A DNA stretch of 63,930 bases, the filler included, from Bigelowiella natans CCMP2755 (taxonomy: Eukaryota > Protista > Cercozoa): the NCBI GenBank assembly GCA_000320545.1. It is 7 parts of 7 records of this genome, joined end to end, with 100 filler letters (N's around TTAATTAATTAA, not from the genome) between each part and the next. Parts side by side here need not be neighbours in the genome. Positions count along the whole stretch, not along the records: positions 1 to 28,655 come from ADNK01003137.1; 6 more parts are not named here. One strand, given 5' to 3'. The notes under the pieces were generated by a model. It did not search any database. It was given only the letters and a program-made list of their open reading frames with translations, and was not told the origin of the DNA. A program made the translations under genes and the position numbers. This document shows, piece by piece, positions 12,358 through 23,269 of this stretch. The first letter of the stretch is position 1, and each line of letters opens with the position of its first letter.

Positions 12358-14190
12358 TCACTTCTGAGAGTATCTCCCCCCTCTCTGCTTCATCTCCGCT
12401 TCCAACTCCGAGCATATGCTTCCAGGGCAGCCTCTGCTCTTTGCAATGAGCGAAGCAATGGCCTTCTCGTTTTTCCACGGGGCCAAGGCCCTGATGAGCT
12501 CCCGGCTGGACCCCAGCGACAGCTCCCTCACCACCACCACCTGCCGGTGGACGTCGTCCAAATCAATCGCCATATTCGACGTCATCAGGACCTTGGCCTT
12601 GTGCGTGACGCGGAGGAGCTCCGTCGCGAGGGAAGCTCCCAGCGCGCAGTTGGCGTTATCGAGCACGAAGAGGCAGTGCCATTGCGCGAGCAGCTGGAAG
12701 AGCGACCGGAAGGAGGCGCCCTTCAACGAGCTCGCCAAGCCCTCGTCGTGAAGGCCAATCGCCCTGACGAAGGCCCCGACTAGTTGCGATTGCGCTTCGT
12801 CGCCGGCGAAGTCGCCGGAGAGCCTAGATGCCTCCCGGGCGAGGGCCTTCATATCGATGTAATAGACGCCGTCAGCGAAGAAGTTCCTCTCCTCCACATA
12901 CCGCGTGCACATCTTAGCGATGGTGGATTTCCCAATGCGCCTTCTGCCGATCACGTTCACACAGCGGTGCTGCCGGAGCATGGAGACGCATTTCGAGACC
13001 TGCACGTGCCTCCCCAGCGCGTACGACGGGACGGGGGGGGTTGTGCTCAGGGGGTGGTGCTGCTGCGAAATGCTTCGCGCTAAGAAACTTCGGCGCCGCT
13101 GCCTCCGGCCCCCCCGCCGCTGCCCCCGAGCCTGCTTGTTGCTGGAGGGAACGTACTTCGGGGTGGGGAAGAGGACTTCTTCGTGGTCGCCGTCCTCCGG
13201 CAGAAGAACGAATTTCTCGCTTTCTTGCATATCGGCGGAGGCGCCTCCCTTGATGTCTCCCTCGAGGTGTTGTTGCTGCTGCTGCTCTCCCTCGCACTGA
13301 GCGTATCCCTCCTGCTCGTCATCCTCCTCCTCGTCGCCGTCCTCTGGAACGGAGGTGAAAGACTCGAGCCTCTCAGTGTCCGAGTTGCGCGTCGTTGAGA
13401 CCTCGTAGGTGTCCGGGGAATCGGCGTCCACGACAGCAGCTACGTTCGCTTTCGCGATCTCAAAAGCACGGCGCACGGTGTGGCCGTTGAACAGCGCCAT
13501 GTAGAAGAATCGGTTGAAATACCGAGCCGAGGAGTCCATTATACGCTGGTCCTTCTTGCAGGCAATTACATGCCGCGCCCCCGATGCCAGGAAGGCGTGC
13601 GCCGCCAGTTCCGAGTAGCATGCGGAGAGGACCACGCAGCGGGGAATGTTGCAATGCTGCAGCAGCTTCGAAAGCCGGGACATTAGGCAAAAATCGGCGA
13701 ATCCGCACTCGTTTTCCATCACAAACGCGTAGTTGGAGTTGTCAGGCGGCACGCGGGTCCCATGCGCGGATATGTGCAGCAGGGATGTGTCCTCCGTGCT
13801 CGAAAGCTCCTCTCCCAACGACATTCGTGATAGGTGGCGGAAGACAACGTCGATGTCTGAGTGGCATCGAGACGTGATGTCCTCTATCACGTGCCGCTCG
13901 GATGGAAGGCTAGGGATTTCCAAGTCGACCGGAACCTCCTTGCCGGGGGCATATTGCGTTGCATCTACGCTCACGAGCGGGTCAGCATGAAGCATTATAA
14001 CGCGCCCAACCTTATCGGCTCGGTTTTTCTGGCACAGGCAACGACCGACGACGAGGTCTTTAAAGTAATCTACCATGGATGCCAAGCGGCTGTCGCGCCT
14101 TTCACGGTGGCGCTTCCCCTGCTCGAGGTGACCCATACGAGCCACGCGCACCAATGGCATTCGCCGACGACTTTGAGACTGGTTGCACAC
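12358..14190 (-). CDS. CHAT (caspase-like) peptidase domain fused to a STAND/NB-ARC-like P-loop NTPase
   Basis: 610-aa GC-rich uninterrupted ORF. LLHISAHG and VVLSACYS match the CHAT His-Cys dyad motifs; VIGRRRIGKST is Walker A and CLFVLDN is Walker B. True start uncertain: the upstream ORF 14219-14584 does not splice in phase via the obvious 35-nt GT-AG intron. Confidence 0.85.
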   Translation of the reverse strand: MCNQSQSRRRMPLVRVARMGHLEQGKRHRERRDSRLASMVDYFKDLVVGRCLCQKNRADKVGRVIMLHADPLVSVDATQYAPGKEVPVDLEIPSLPSERHVIEDITSRCHSDIDVVFRHLSRMSLGEELSSTEDTSLLHISAHGTRVPPDNSNYAFVMENECGFADFCLMSRLSKLLQHCNIPRCVVLSACYSELAAHAFLASGARHVIACKKDQRIMDSSARYFNRFFYMALFNGHTVRRAFEIAKANVAAVVDADSPDTYEVSTTRNSDTERLESFTSVPEDGDEEEDDEQEGYAQCEGEQQQQQHLEGDIKGGASADMQESEKFVLLPEDGDHEEVLFPTPKYVPSSNKQARGQRRGGRRQRRRSFLARSISQQHHPLSTTPPVPSYALGRHVQVSKCVSMLRQHRCVNVIGRRRIGKSTIAKMCTRYVEERNFFADGVYYIDMKALAREASRLSGDFAGDEAQSQLVGAFVRAIGLHDEGLASSLKGASFRSLFQLLAQWHCLFVLDNANCALGASLATELLRVTHKAKVLMTSNMAIDLDDVHRQVVVVRELSLGSSRELIRALAPWKNEKAIASLIAKSRGCPGSICSELEAEMKQRGGRYSQK

Positions 14191-16190
14191 AAAGTAGCGA
14201 TTTAGTATGGCTGTAGAATTAAAACAGAGTGATGGTTTGTTTCACCTTCTCAAGCCTTCTAGTCGGTCTCCTCATTTTCTGGGTGGATTGCGGTTTGGCT
14301 GCCAAACTTGTTTGCTGCATTTCTACGCCATGTTCCTGTTGTTTCCCATCAGCTGTGGGTGCGGGATACGTCGGAGATGGAAGTTCTGGAGCGGACTTTC
14401 TCTTTTCATTCTGCTTGTCTATCATTGGAGGAGACTGGCGAATGGCAGGGGTTGAAGAATGCTGCACAGCTTCTCTCGTTGTGTTACTGCATTCCCTACT
14501 CGCACAATTTCGATTGTTACCAAATATCAATTTGCTCCAAAGAGATCGCGGTTGTGAGGACGAGGACGTGCGAGATGACGCCATTGGAACAGGGAACGGG
14601 ACGCGCTTCCTCCCACACCGTCCCTCTATCTATTTTTAAGATCAAAGATAAAACAAAGATGTGTATTATTTCAACTAATTATTGCGATTTGGAAAGAAAG
14701 ACATGTATAAAAATAAAATTTTAACATTTTGAATATCATTCAGCCAGATACTGGCTCACGTGATTGAGAGTAAAGTTTGAATTCCTCGATAAGGTATAAA
14801 CCAAGCATTGGATTACCGAGGCAGTCCTATTTATCCAGATTTTTCGCAACTTTTTGATAGTCGTAACTATTAAATATGTTTTGATCTATGCGTATGACCG
14901 ACATCAAGGTTGTTTTTGTACGTAGTTTCATCTTGATTCCAATTTTCTCTATCGCCCAACAATCGCGTAAGTGCAGAATGCATTACATTTCGCATGGAAC
15001 GACAAAAGAATAATCGCAATTTTAATCTAAATTTGACACTTCGATCGTACTGAGAAATTTCTTGGGAACGTACAAGCTCTATCGTCATCTCAACAGAATC
15101 CTTAAAGATATCACCTAAGATTACGCAAAACGACAAATGAACAATCTCAATTTCAATTTAAATTTGACACTTCGATCGTACTGCGATCTTGGGAACGACA
15201 AGCTCTGTCGTCATCTCAACAGAATCCTTTGAGATGGACCTGTCACCCCTGAGTTTGCGCAATTCTGTTTGTGGAACGAAGATCACAACAGCGAAGGAAG
15301 AGCGCAGTGAATGTGGTCACGAAGTCACGAGAGATGGCCACGCTCACCCAGGCGATGAACGATGTCACTTTGTTGTTTGCTGCTGGAAGACGAAAGCAAC
15401 GTTTGTTCCATCGGAGAATCCTTCGCCAGCTTCGCGGCGCGGTCGTTTTTGAGAGGAGCCAACCTTCCTCCTGCGGGAAGGAGCGGTCAGTCCTCTGATT
15501 CGCAATGGCGTTGGGACTTGTGTGGTGGAAGTCAGGTGTGCCTTGCACGTTGTCTGTGCCTTTTTGACGTTCCATCCCCACCATCGTGCAAGTGTGAGGG
15601 CAGAGTGAAAGTGGGCACTTGGGAGGAAACAAGTGCTGCAGAAGTGCAGGAATGAGCCTGCCGTGTCGAGTTCCAATCACAAACAGCAGCGTGACAAACT
15701 TGCATTGGACCACCATGTCAGACTGACACTTGCCAGCTGGCCAGCGTGCTCGAAGAATCCGTCGTTTTCCGGATCAGTCGGCCACAACGATGGCTGGATG
15801 GGACTCCTGTCTGCAATCAGCCAACAGACGCGCTGCTCGCCAATGCTTGTTGTTGCACGTTGGTGCAATCAAAGCTTTTGAAAACAAACAACGATGAAAG
15901 TGCATTGTGAGCTTGAGCGTGCATGCCAAATCAAGCTCCCAAGAGCTTCCCGACATCATGACACTTTGGCAATTTGTCGATTCGGTGAATTGCAACACAA
16001 GTTTGAAATTCATGCTGTCGACACCATGGCATGTTGCAGCACTGTGTCTTCCGAAGCCATGTTGTCGACAACATGCTCACGTTGTCGACAGCACGAGATT
16101 CTTGCAAACATCATTTGTTCAAAATCATCAGCAGACACCTGTCACAATGCACTGTGATGATTCGTTGCTTTTGAAACACACATCGCATCA

Positions 16191-16320
16191 TTTTCCATGT
16201 GTTGTCATTGACATTGCAAACATGAGTCACATTGTCATTGACAACACAAATGCAAGTCACATTGTCGTTGACACTTCAAGTGTGAGTCATGTTGTCGTTG
16301 ACAAGTTGGTCATGTTGTCG
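16191..16320 (+). repeat. 30-bp-period tandem repeat with core TTGTC(A/G)TTGACA
   Basis: Cores at about 16202, 16232, 16262 and 16292, plus a partial fifth copy. Confidence 0.8.
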
Positions 16321-16323
16321 TTG

Positions 16324-16370
<47 letters not shown>

Positions 16371-16377
<7 letters not shown>

Positions 16378-16461
16378 CACCCCCATTCTGGCCCCCCCAC
16401 TGTCAACACACCCCCCCCCCCCCCACTGCCGTCACCTTTTCCACCCCCACCCCCACGCACA

Positions 16462-16517
<56 letters not shown>

Positions 16518-16582
16518 CATCCTCATTCTTGCACCCCCACTGTCAACCCACCCCCCCCCCCCCCACTGCCGTCACCTTTTCC
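16371..16582 (+). repeat. Local tandem duplication of about 70 bp, each copy preceded by (TC)n
   Basis: tcatcatca...cccccactgtcaac...cccactgccgtcaccttttcc occurs at 16371-16442 and 16511-16582. Confidence 0.8.
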
Positions 16583-16651
16583 TGAAGAGCAAGAACTGGA
16601 AGAGTGCAGAAAATGCCACAATCGTCGTGCACACCTGTGGTGCAGACGCAC

Positions 16652-16699
<48 letters not shown>

Positions 16700-18332
16700 G
16701 TCGTTAGCGCATTGCCTTGTTTTCGAGATTCTGCTTCGAGCTCTCCCTGAAGCGTTTGCTGCTGCTGTTGCCATTTTCACCACTGTCGTTGTTCCTGACC
16801 CAGCTTTCAACAATGCCGTCCTAGGTAGTCACATCAATGTGCATGTGCACATGTGTGCACATGTGCATGTGTGCACATGTGTTGTGCATGCCTCCCATGT
16901 TTTTTCTTGGTGGGGGGGGGGGGGGGGGAGAGAAACAGACTTGTTGTGGCTTGTCAAGGCCATCGACGCAACCGACTGCTAATGACATTGCGCGTTGGCG
17001 CTTGAAACGACAATTTCTACTTTGCCACAATTGTGCACAAGGCTGCAAAGTTTGCAGGGAGCTTGGTGTCTGAGATGATCTACCTCATGAAGAACAGGTT
17101 GGGTCAACCCAGTTTTCTTGTTCAAGAGTTCCACTTCGACAATGGTGACAACATGCATCATGCCAATTGTTCGCAGAATTGCAGATGCAGCTACCGGGAT
17201 CCCTCTTCTAGAAACGGTGAAGCAGGATTGCATGTGCGCAAAAACTGGGATGTGCTTCACTTCTTGCCTGATGATTGATTTGTGATGCAGACCATCGAGC
17301 CATTGCCATCATTGTGATCGTGTGACTCGATCACTCCCTTGACGCACTTGCTTATTTCAGGCAGTGAACAAGTGCATTTGCAAAGGCAGCAACAGCAATT
17401 CTAGTGAAGATCAAAAAGCAGCCCAGTCCATGTCAGACATCGATGTACCGGAGCGCAAAGATCGTGATGGCGCTTCTCCTGGAGAAGAGCGTAGCCAATG
17501 ATGATAGTAGAGGAGAAGCTCGAATTTTGAACAAACAGTTGCGTCCATTGTTCTCGCATCAAGGGGTTTTGATTTTTGCATGCTTGTCCATGCATGTCAT
17601 CTATTTCAAAAAGCAAGTAATTATGATACTTCATTGGTCACGGCTGAACGCAATGCCCTGGTGCCTATCTAGCTATGCTAGCATGCTCATGCGGGGTGAA
17701 CGCCACGCGAGCATAGAACATAAACGCGAAGTAATAAGGCAGCATTTGCGGCCCGGCGGCGCGAGGTAACACACATACTAGCAGTATCGATGACAAACGG
17801 ATTACTTTCGAAGCCGGTAATCAATGCAACCAAACATACATACTTCGCTCTGTTGCGATTATTACATCTAGACATGCATATCGCATCATTACAACTACGA
17901 CAATGTAATGTACAGACTGCACATGCTATCCTAGTATCATTCAATATCACACTGTTATGTGCGTCATAAGTGCTATCTACTGCTATGGCGAACATGCACG
18001 CTTTACGTGACTCCCCGAGAGGGTTGCAACTACCGAGACTTAACTTAGCAATGATCTTCACTTACCTTTCCTAGGTTTCTTCGAGAAGAAATCGTTGATG
18101 CTACTCTGCGATATCTCCCGTTTTTTCTTCTTTCCTCGTTTTTGGACACCTGTGTGCATTGTTTGCCCATCAGATTCGAGTCTAAAACTATTATTTGTGG
18201 GGGTTTTTGGGGTTTGATGTGAAATGTGATTTGAAAGGGTTAGTTATGGCGTGCTAGAGAAGAACATCATCATCGATGTTCTCGACATTAATCGTGATGA
18301 TACGTAAGGTTTCATCTTCGTCTTCACCACTT

Positions 18333-18764
18333 TCACCAACATATTTTAGCGCTTCTGCTGCTACCAGAGGCGGAGGTAGCAATCTTCTCTGGATTTCCCA
18401 TAGCCTTCTCCCTTATCTTCATCTCTGGCTTGTGCTGCCCGTCCTCATCATCATCATTATCATCGTCGTTGTCGCCGTTGTCGTCACCATCTTCATCATT
18501 ATCATCGTCGTTGTCGTCGTTGTCGTCACCATCTTCTTCGTCTCGCTCGCGATTTGTCTTTCCAGGAGCCGGTGTTTCCTCTTCTCCTCCTCTTTCTTCT
18601 TGGGCTGCTTGAATAGAGCTGCCGCATTCCTTTCCCCCACTGAGAACGCTGTCCCCATCACCATCGTCGTCGTTATCATCATCCTCATTGTCCTCATCAT
18701 CCTCTTTATCATCATCAGGATCCTCGTCACTATCGTCGCCCGTGCCCTGCGCGCAGTGTCGATT

Positions 18765-18800
<36 letters not shown>

Positions 18801-19074
18801 TGTCTTACTGCGTGATATATGTGCGTGTGTGTGTGTGTTTAAGAGAGGGGGGGAGGATGGAGAGGAGAGGGGAAGAGTCAAACTTGAACTTTATATAGAG
18901 AAGTGGGAGATGTGGCAAATGAAGCAATGCTGTGAGCAGTCCCTTTCTCACCTCATCGGATTCCTGAGAAGATAGCAGCAACCGAGAGCTGGAACCCAAT
19001 GATGATCCAATCGACTACATAATTAATCATCATTATGATGGTTGATAATAGTAATTAGCTTCAAGAAAACGCTC

Positions 19075-19124
<50 letters not shown>

Positions 19125-19212
19125 CCTCCCTCCTACTGTCTCAATGGAAAAGTTCCATCAGTACAATAAACGTCTGGCCCTTACATCCCCCATCATTCCC
19201 CCCCCTTTATTT

Positions 19213-19246
<34 letters not shown>

Positions 19247-20556
19247 CTTTTATCCTTCCCCGCCCCCTCCCCAACCAGACGGAGTAGAGGTGTGTAGTGT
19301 GTTTGTTGGATGCCCCCCACCCTGTAGAAGCGGTCTATGATCCTAAAGTGCACGATGTAGACCTCCAGATCAAGATGCCTAAGCAAGCGAATCATCGATT
19401 ACAAATTGTTGAAATCAGTGACCGGCGAGGATTGCTGCCATGTACGGACTTTGTACTGCCAACCTCGTAGAATAAGAGCTCGGGAAACCCCCCCCCCCCC
19501 TCCCCCCTTCCTTCCCCCCCCCTTCCCCCCCCCCCCCCCCTTGTTACCTGCAGACTTTGAACGCTCGTCGCATTGAAGCTCCGACCCAACTCTTTGGGTT
19601 TCCGAATGCCCCATCCCCGACAAAAGTAAGGAACACCCTGGTAGGGGGGGAGGGAAGGGGGGGGAATGGGAGGATCAGCGAGTCATCGATTCGTAGGAAA
19701 AGGAGTCGTTGTGAGATGTGGTGGTGTGTGCTGAATCTTGAATAATCACCTTCTGGATCCCCCGTACGTTACAGCATTTACAATGCCGGCTTGCAAAGTT
19801 GCCTATAATAGAATTAACTCATATCACCATCACCAACATGCTCACGTGAATACTCACACACTTCTCGGGCAACTACACAGCACACACGACACACACACAC
19901 ACACACACACGCCATCGCATCGGTGGTGGGAGGGCTGTAGATCTTTTCCTGCCACCATGAAGAGACCGACCACGCCGTAAAAGGAAAAACGGTTGAATCT
20001 TTTGCTCCCCAGAAACACATACACTCCTCAACCAATTCTTCCTACATTTTGGTGCGCAATTCGATCGGGGTCATCGTTTGCTACCTCGTATGTTGCTTCG
20101 AGAACCATGCAGGCAAATCGCCTCCAGAAATGAGCAGGCACACTCGTATAGCTTATACGTATGTATTCAAACAAGGACACAATGATGTTAAACAGGGAAG
20201 ATTGAGAAAGAGAAAGAGAGAGACAGAGAGAGAGGGGGGGGGGGGGGGGGGGGGGGAGAGAGAGAATAACGGTCTTGTTTAAATCTTTGAAGTTTGACTT
20301 GACCATATCGATACACAACAAAGCTCCTTGGAAGCTACAGAGCCACTACTACTACAACTACTACTACTGCTCCATGAGCTTTATCATATCCTTAGCCTCT
20401 CATCACCTGATGCTAAGGGCCGAGCAGAACGCCTGAGAAACGGTGTTCCTTCCATTTTTCGGAGCAGCTGCCTCCCCCTCGGCATGTTCTCCTTCCTCCT
20501 CATTCTCCTCGATGACCTCCACGGTGTTATTATACGTTCTTCGTAATAAAGTATTC

Positions 20557-20590
<34 letters not shown>

Positions 20591-21474
20591 GAGGAGGAGG
20601 AGGAGGAGGAGGAGGAGGAGGATCAGCAGCAGGAAAGCCAGCAACAGCATACGCGTATATATGCATAATAAGCAGCGGTGAAGAATGACGATAACCTTCG
20701 ACGACCACAGCGTCGCTTCCATATTAGTGATATTAACAAACAGCAAAGATGACAGGGAAAAGCAACTTTATACCATCACACCTGTTTCTACATCACACCT
20801 GTTTCTGAAGGTCACTTCGGCCCCGTATTGAAGGCCTATTTTGACCAACGAGCTGGTACAAGCACAAGGAGGACAATATCATTACAGATGGGGAGGGGAT
20901 GAGAGAGAGCAGGGGATCTAATCGAGGGGAATCGTCATCATCATCACCGTAGTTTATCGACGTCATCGTAGCTCTCAATTGCCTCGTTAAGTCTCTGCAG
21001 GGCCTACGACCGATGCCATGCGTGATGATAAGAGGGAATTCAGGCAAGGGAGAAGGAGGGGGGACAAATATGATTGGAGATTAGGAGGAAGGTAGATTTC
21101 ACGTGCTAATGCATGAGCACTCTCTCAAGCCGTTATTTCGCCATACATGTGGTGTGCTCATTAGTGCAGGAAGGGTTAGGAATGGAAACAACACCTTCGG
21201 AGCGGAGTTGACGTACCCGTTTATCATCTGCGATGGTTGACGCATGGGTGATGATGGTAGGGAGGACGAAGAAGAAGAAGAAGAAGGAGGAGGAGGAGAG
21301 GGCGGAGATATGAAAAGGATGAAGATGGTAAGGGTGAGATAGCGATGAGAGTGATTATGGATCAAGGAGCGAGGGTTTGTTAAATCGATATTAACTTGTT
21401 GCATCAGCATCATCATATATCTCCTATTTCTATACACACACACATACACACACACACACACGCTATTAATATAT

Positions 21475-21532
<58 letters not shown>

Positions 21533-21919
21533 ATGACCGCCCAGTAGCGTTTTTCCTTATTCTTGAGCTCATTCGCAAGCGCTGAGAGGTTGTCGATTTG
21601 CCTATCTCTGACTTGCCCCCTCTCCTTCCCCATCTACCGACCGGTGTAAGAAGAAAAGAAGAGGTACACGTGACGATGATATTACTATTTATGTACTATC
21701 ATTTTCAAATCTCCCCCCCCTTTCCCTCCCTCTCTCCCACCTCCCTTTTATCGCCAGTACCTTCACAAAATAGTTGTGGTAGGCGGTAGCAGGCCCAGCA
21801 GCAATGGCGCATGCGGGACCTATCAGAGAGCATAAAATCGATTACGAAGAATTTTTATTAAACATTTCTCCTGAAGAGGTAATTCTCGGCTAATCACAAA
21901 ACTTCTAGATTCTAAGATT

Positions 21920-21956
<37 letters not shown>

Positions 21957-23269
21957 CCTTACCTTGGGTCATATCGTGAGCGTAGCTCGCAACCCCATCC
22001 TCAGGGGTTACTGAAGGATTCACAAACTCGAGGCAATTAAATTGGGAGGCGACCTAAATCACACCATTCGCTCCAATGAATAAACGGCAAACCATAGCAA
22101 CTACTGCGGCCAAGACGATAAAGCATAGAGGACTAAAAAAACTGCAGCCCCCTGATTATTTGAATCTCTCTCTCTCTCTCACCCAAGCCCCTTTGACCCT
22201 TTCACCCCTCACCCCTCAATGAATATCTAACAGTAGCACCTGGGACATCCCGCCTTTACAGATCGACTCGCTGTGCAAGTTTAGAATGTCATTTGTTGTA
22301 ATATGCCGCACTTTCAGGTTGGTTTTCTTTCCGTCGCCTTTGGTTAAAAGTAATGAATATGGAGATGCAGCGCTAGCATGATAGATTAAAGTAGCAATAG
22401 TGGATTTGTGGGGAAGTATTATTGAGTTTCGACTTAAAAAGAGATTCAGAACGGAGGACAGCCACATACCTCCCTTTCTAATTTTGGCGACTTCTCGGCG
22501 TAGCGCCTACCACAAAGCATGGGACAAGATCAGTAAGAGATAGATTAGAGAGGTCAGATCTTGAATTTTCTTCTCATCTCAGGTCATTCCTTTACCTGTA
22601 ATGTTGGCGTCTCGAATTTGCCCACACCATATGATTTGTTGTTCTTCCTGCATATGTGCAGTTATGGTGGCATCGGAGCGTGACGATGGTACTTCTAGTC
22701 TCACACTAGACAGATGAATACAGAGATATCGTATTTGTGGGCATGTGATCGAGGGGGGCGAATCTACCTAGAGATGATCTTTGTCTCATCGCTTGAAACT
22801 TTTAGGTACTTCTTCACCTTTGCGTACGAGGACTCCTACAAAGTGGCTTTTATACGATATTGTTCAAATATTTCCCATACTTCTGTGTAATTACTACTGT
22901 GCGACTTCCTCCTTGCCTCCTTCCCCCACCCCTTCCCTCCCTCCCTCCGATGTAAAGACAAAATAACACTGTACCTGGAAACCGAATAGACTTCTGAACC
23001 AAGCGTAAGTTGGAATCCTTTTCGTAGCCCTCCCTCTTCGTTTATTCCTTAGTTCACGTTTTCCACGAGGGGGGGGATGATGACTGATCATCCTCGTCAT
23101 CAGATTCGCTCCCGCCTTCATCTTCCTCAGCATCATAATCGTCGTTCGTCTCCCCCTTCCCCGTTTCTACCCCGCTGTCTTCCGTAACACCTTTTGCATC
23201 ATTCTCCGCATTCGATTTTTCTACCAAATTAGATTTCCCTTCTGCAGGTTCGTCATCAGTGTGCTCCAT
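18333..23269 (-). CDS. ASQFN/TQGPAC-family protein, putative PARG/macrodomain-like ADP-ribosyl hydrolase with acidic termini (about 15 exons)
   Basis: Spliced exons give WFRSLFGFQ|ESSYAK..., YGVGKFETPTLQ|ALRRE, Q|VASQFNCLEFVNPSVTPEDGVASYAHDMTQ|GPACAIAAGPATAYHNYF, MINGY, VSQAFCSALSI, WRRFACMVLEATYE, VFLTFVGDGAFGNPKSWV (19548-19637) and LDLEVYIVHF. There is an apparent 1-nt frameshift in the G8 run at 23069-23076. Confidence 0.8.

Larger units (their letters stand above)
15181..17400. other. TpA-depleted hypermutated domain containing relic gene and repeat sequence
   Basis: No TA in 15181-16704; only 9 TA in 16705-17400, 8 of them in CTA or TAG context. CpG is plentiful. Confidence 0.9.

Noticed and set aside
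12416-14205. Antisense and alternate-frame ORFs over the CHAT-STAND gene
   Set aside because: Shadow ORFs of a GC-rich coding region.
15189-16982. Dense overlapping ORFs in all six frames (e.g. the 266-aa ORF at 15907-16707)
   Set aside because: A by-product of TA loss removing TAA/TAG stops; Tyr-free, low-complexity, no recognisable motifs.
15181-17400. CpG-methylation decay or fungal-type RIP as the cause of the TG/CA excess
   Set aside because: CpG is abundant here and TpA, the RIP product, is the missing dinucleotide.
23054-23269. Programmed frameshift or pseudogene at the start of the PARG-like gene
   Set aside because: One extra base in a G8 run; a homopolymer sequencing error or an alternative in-frame start is more parsimonious.
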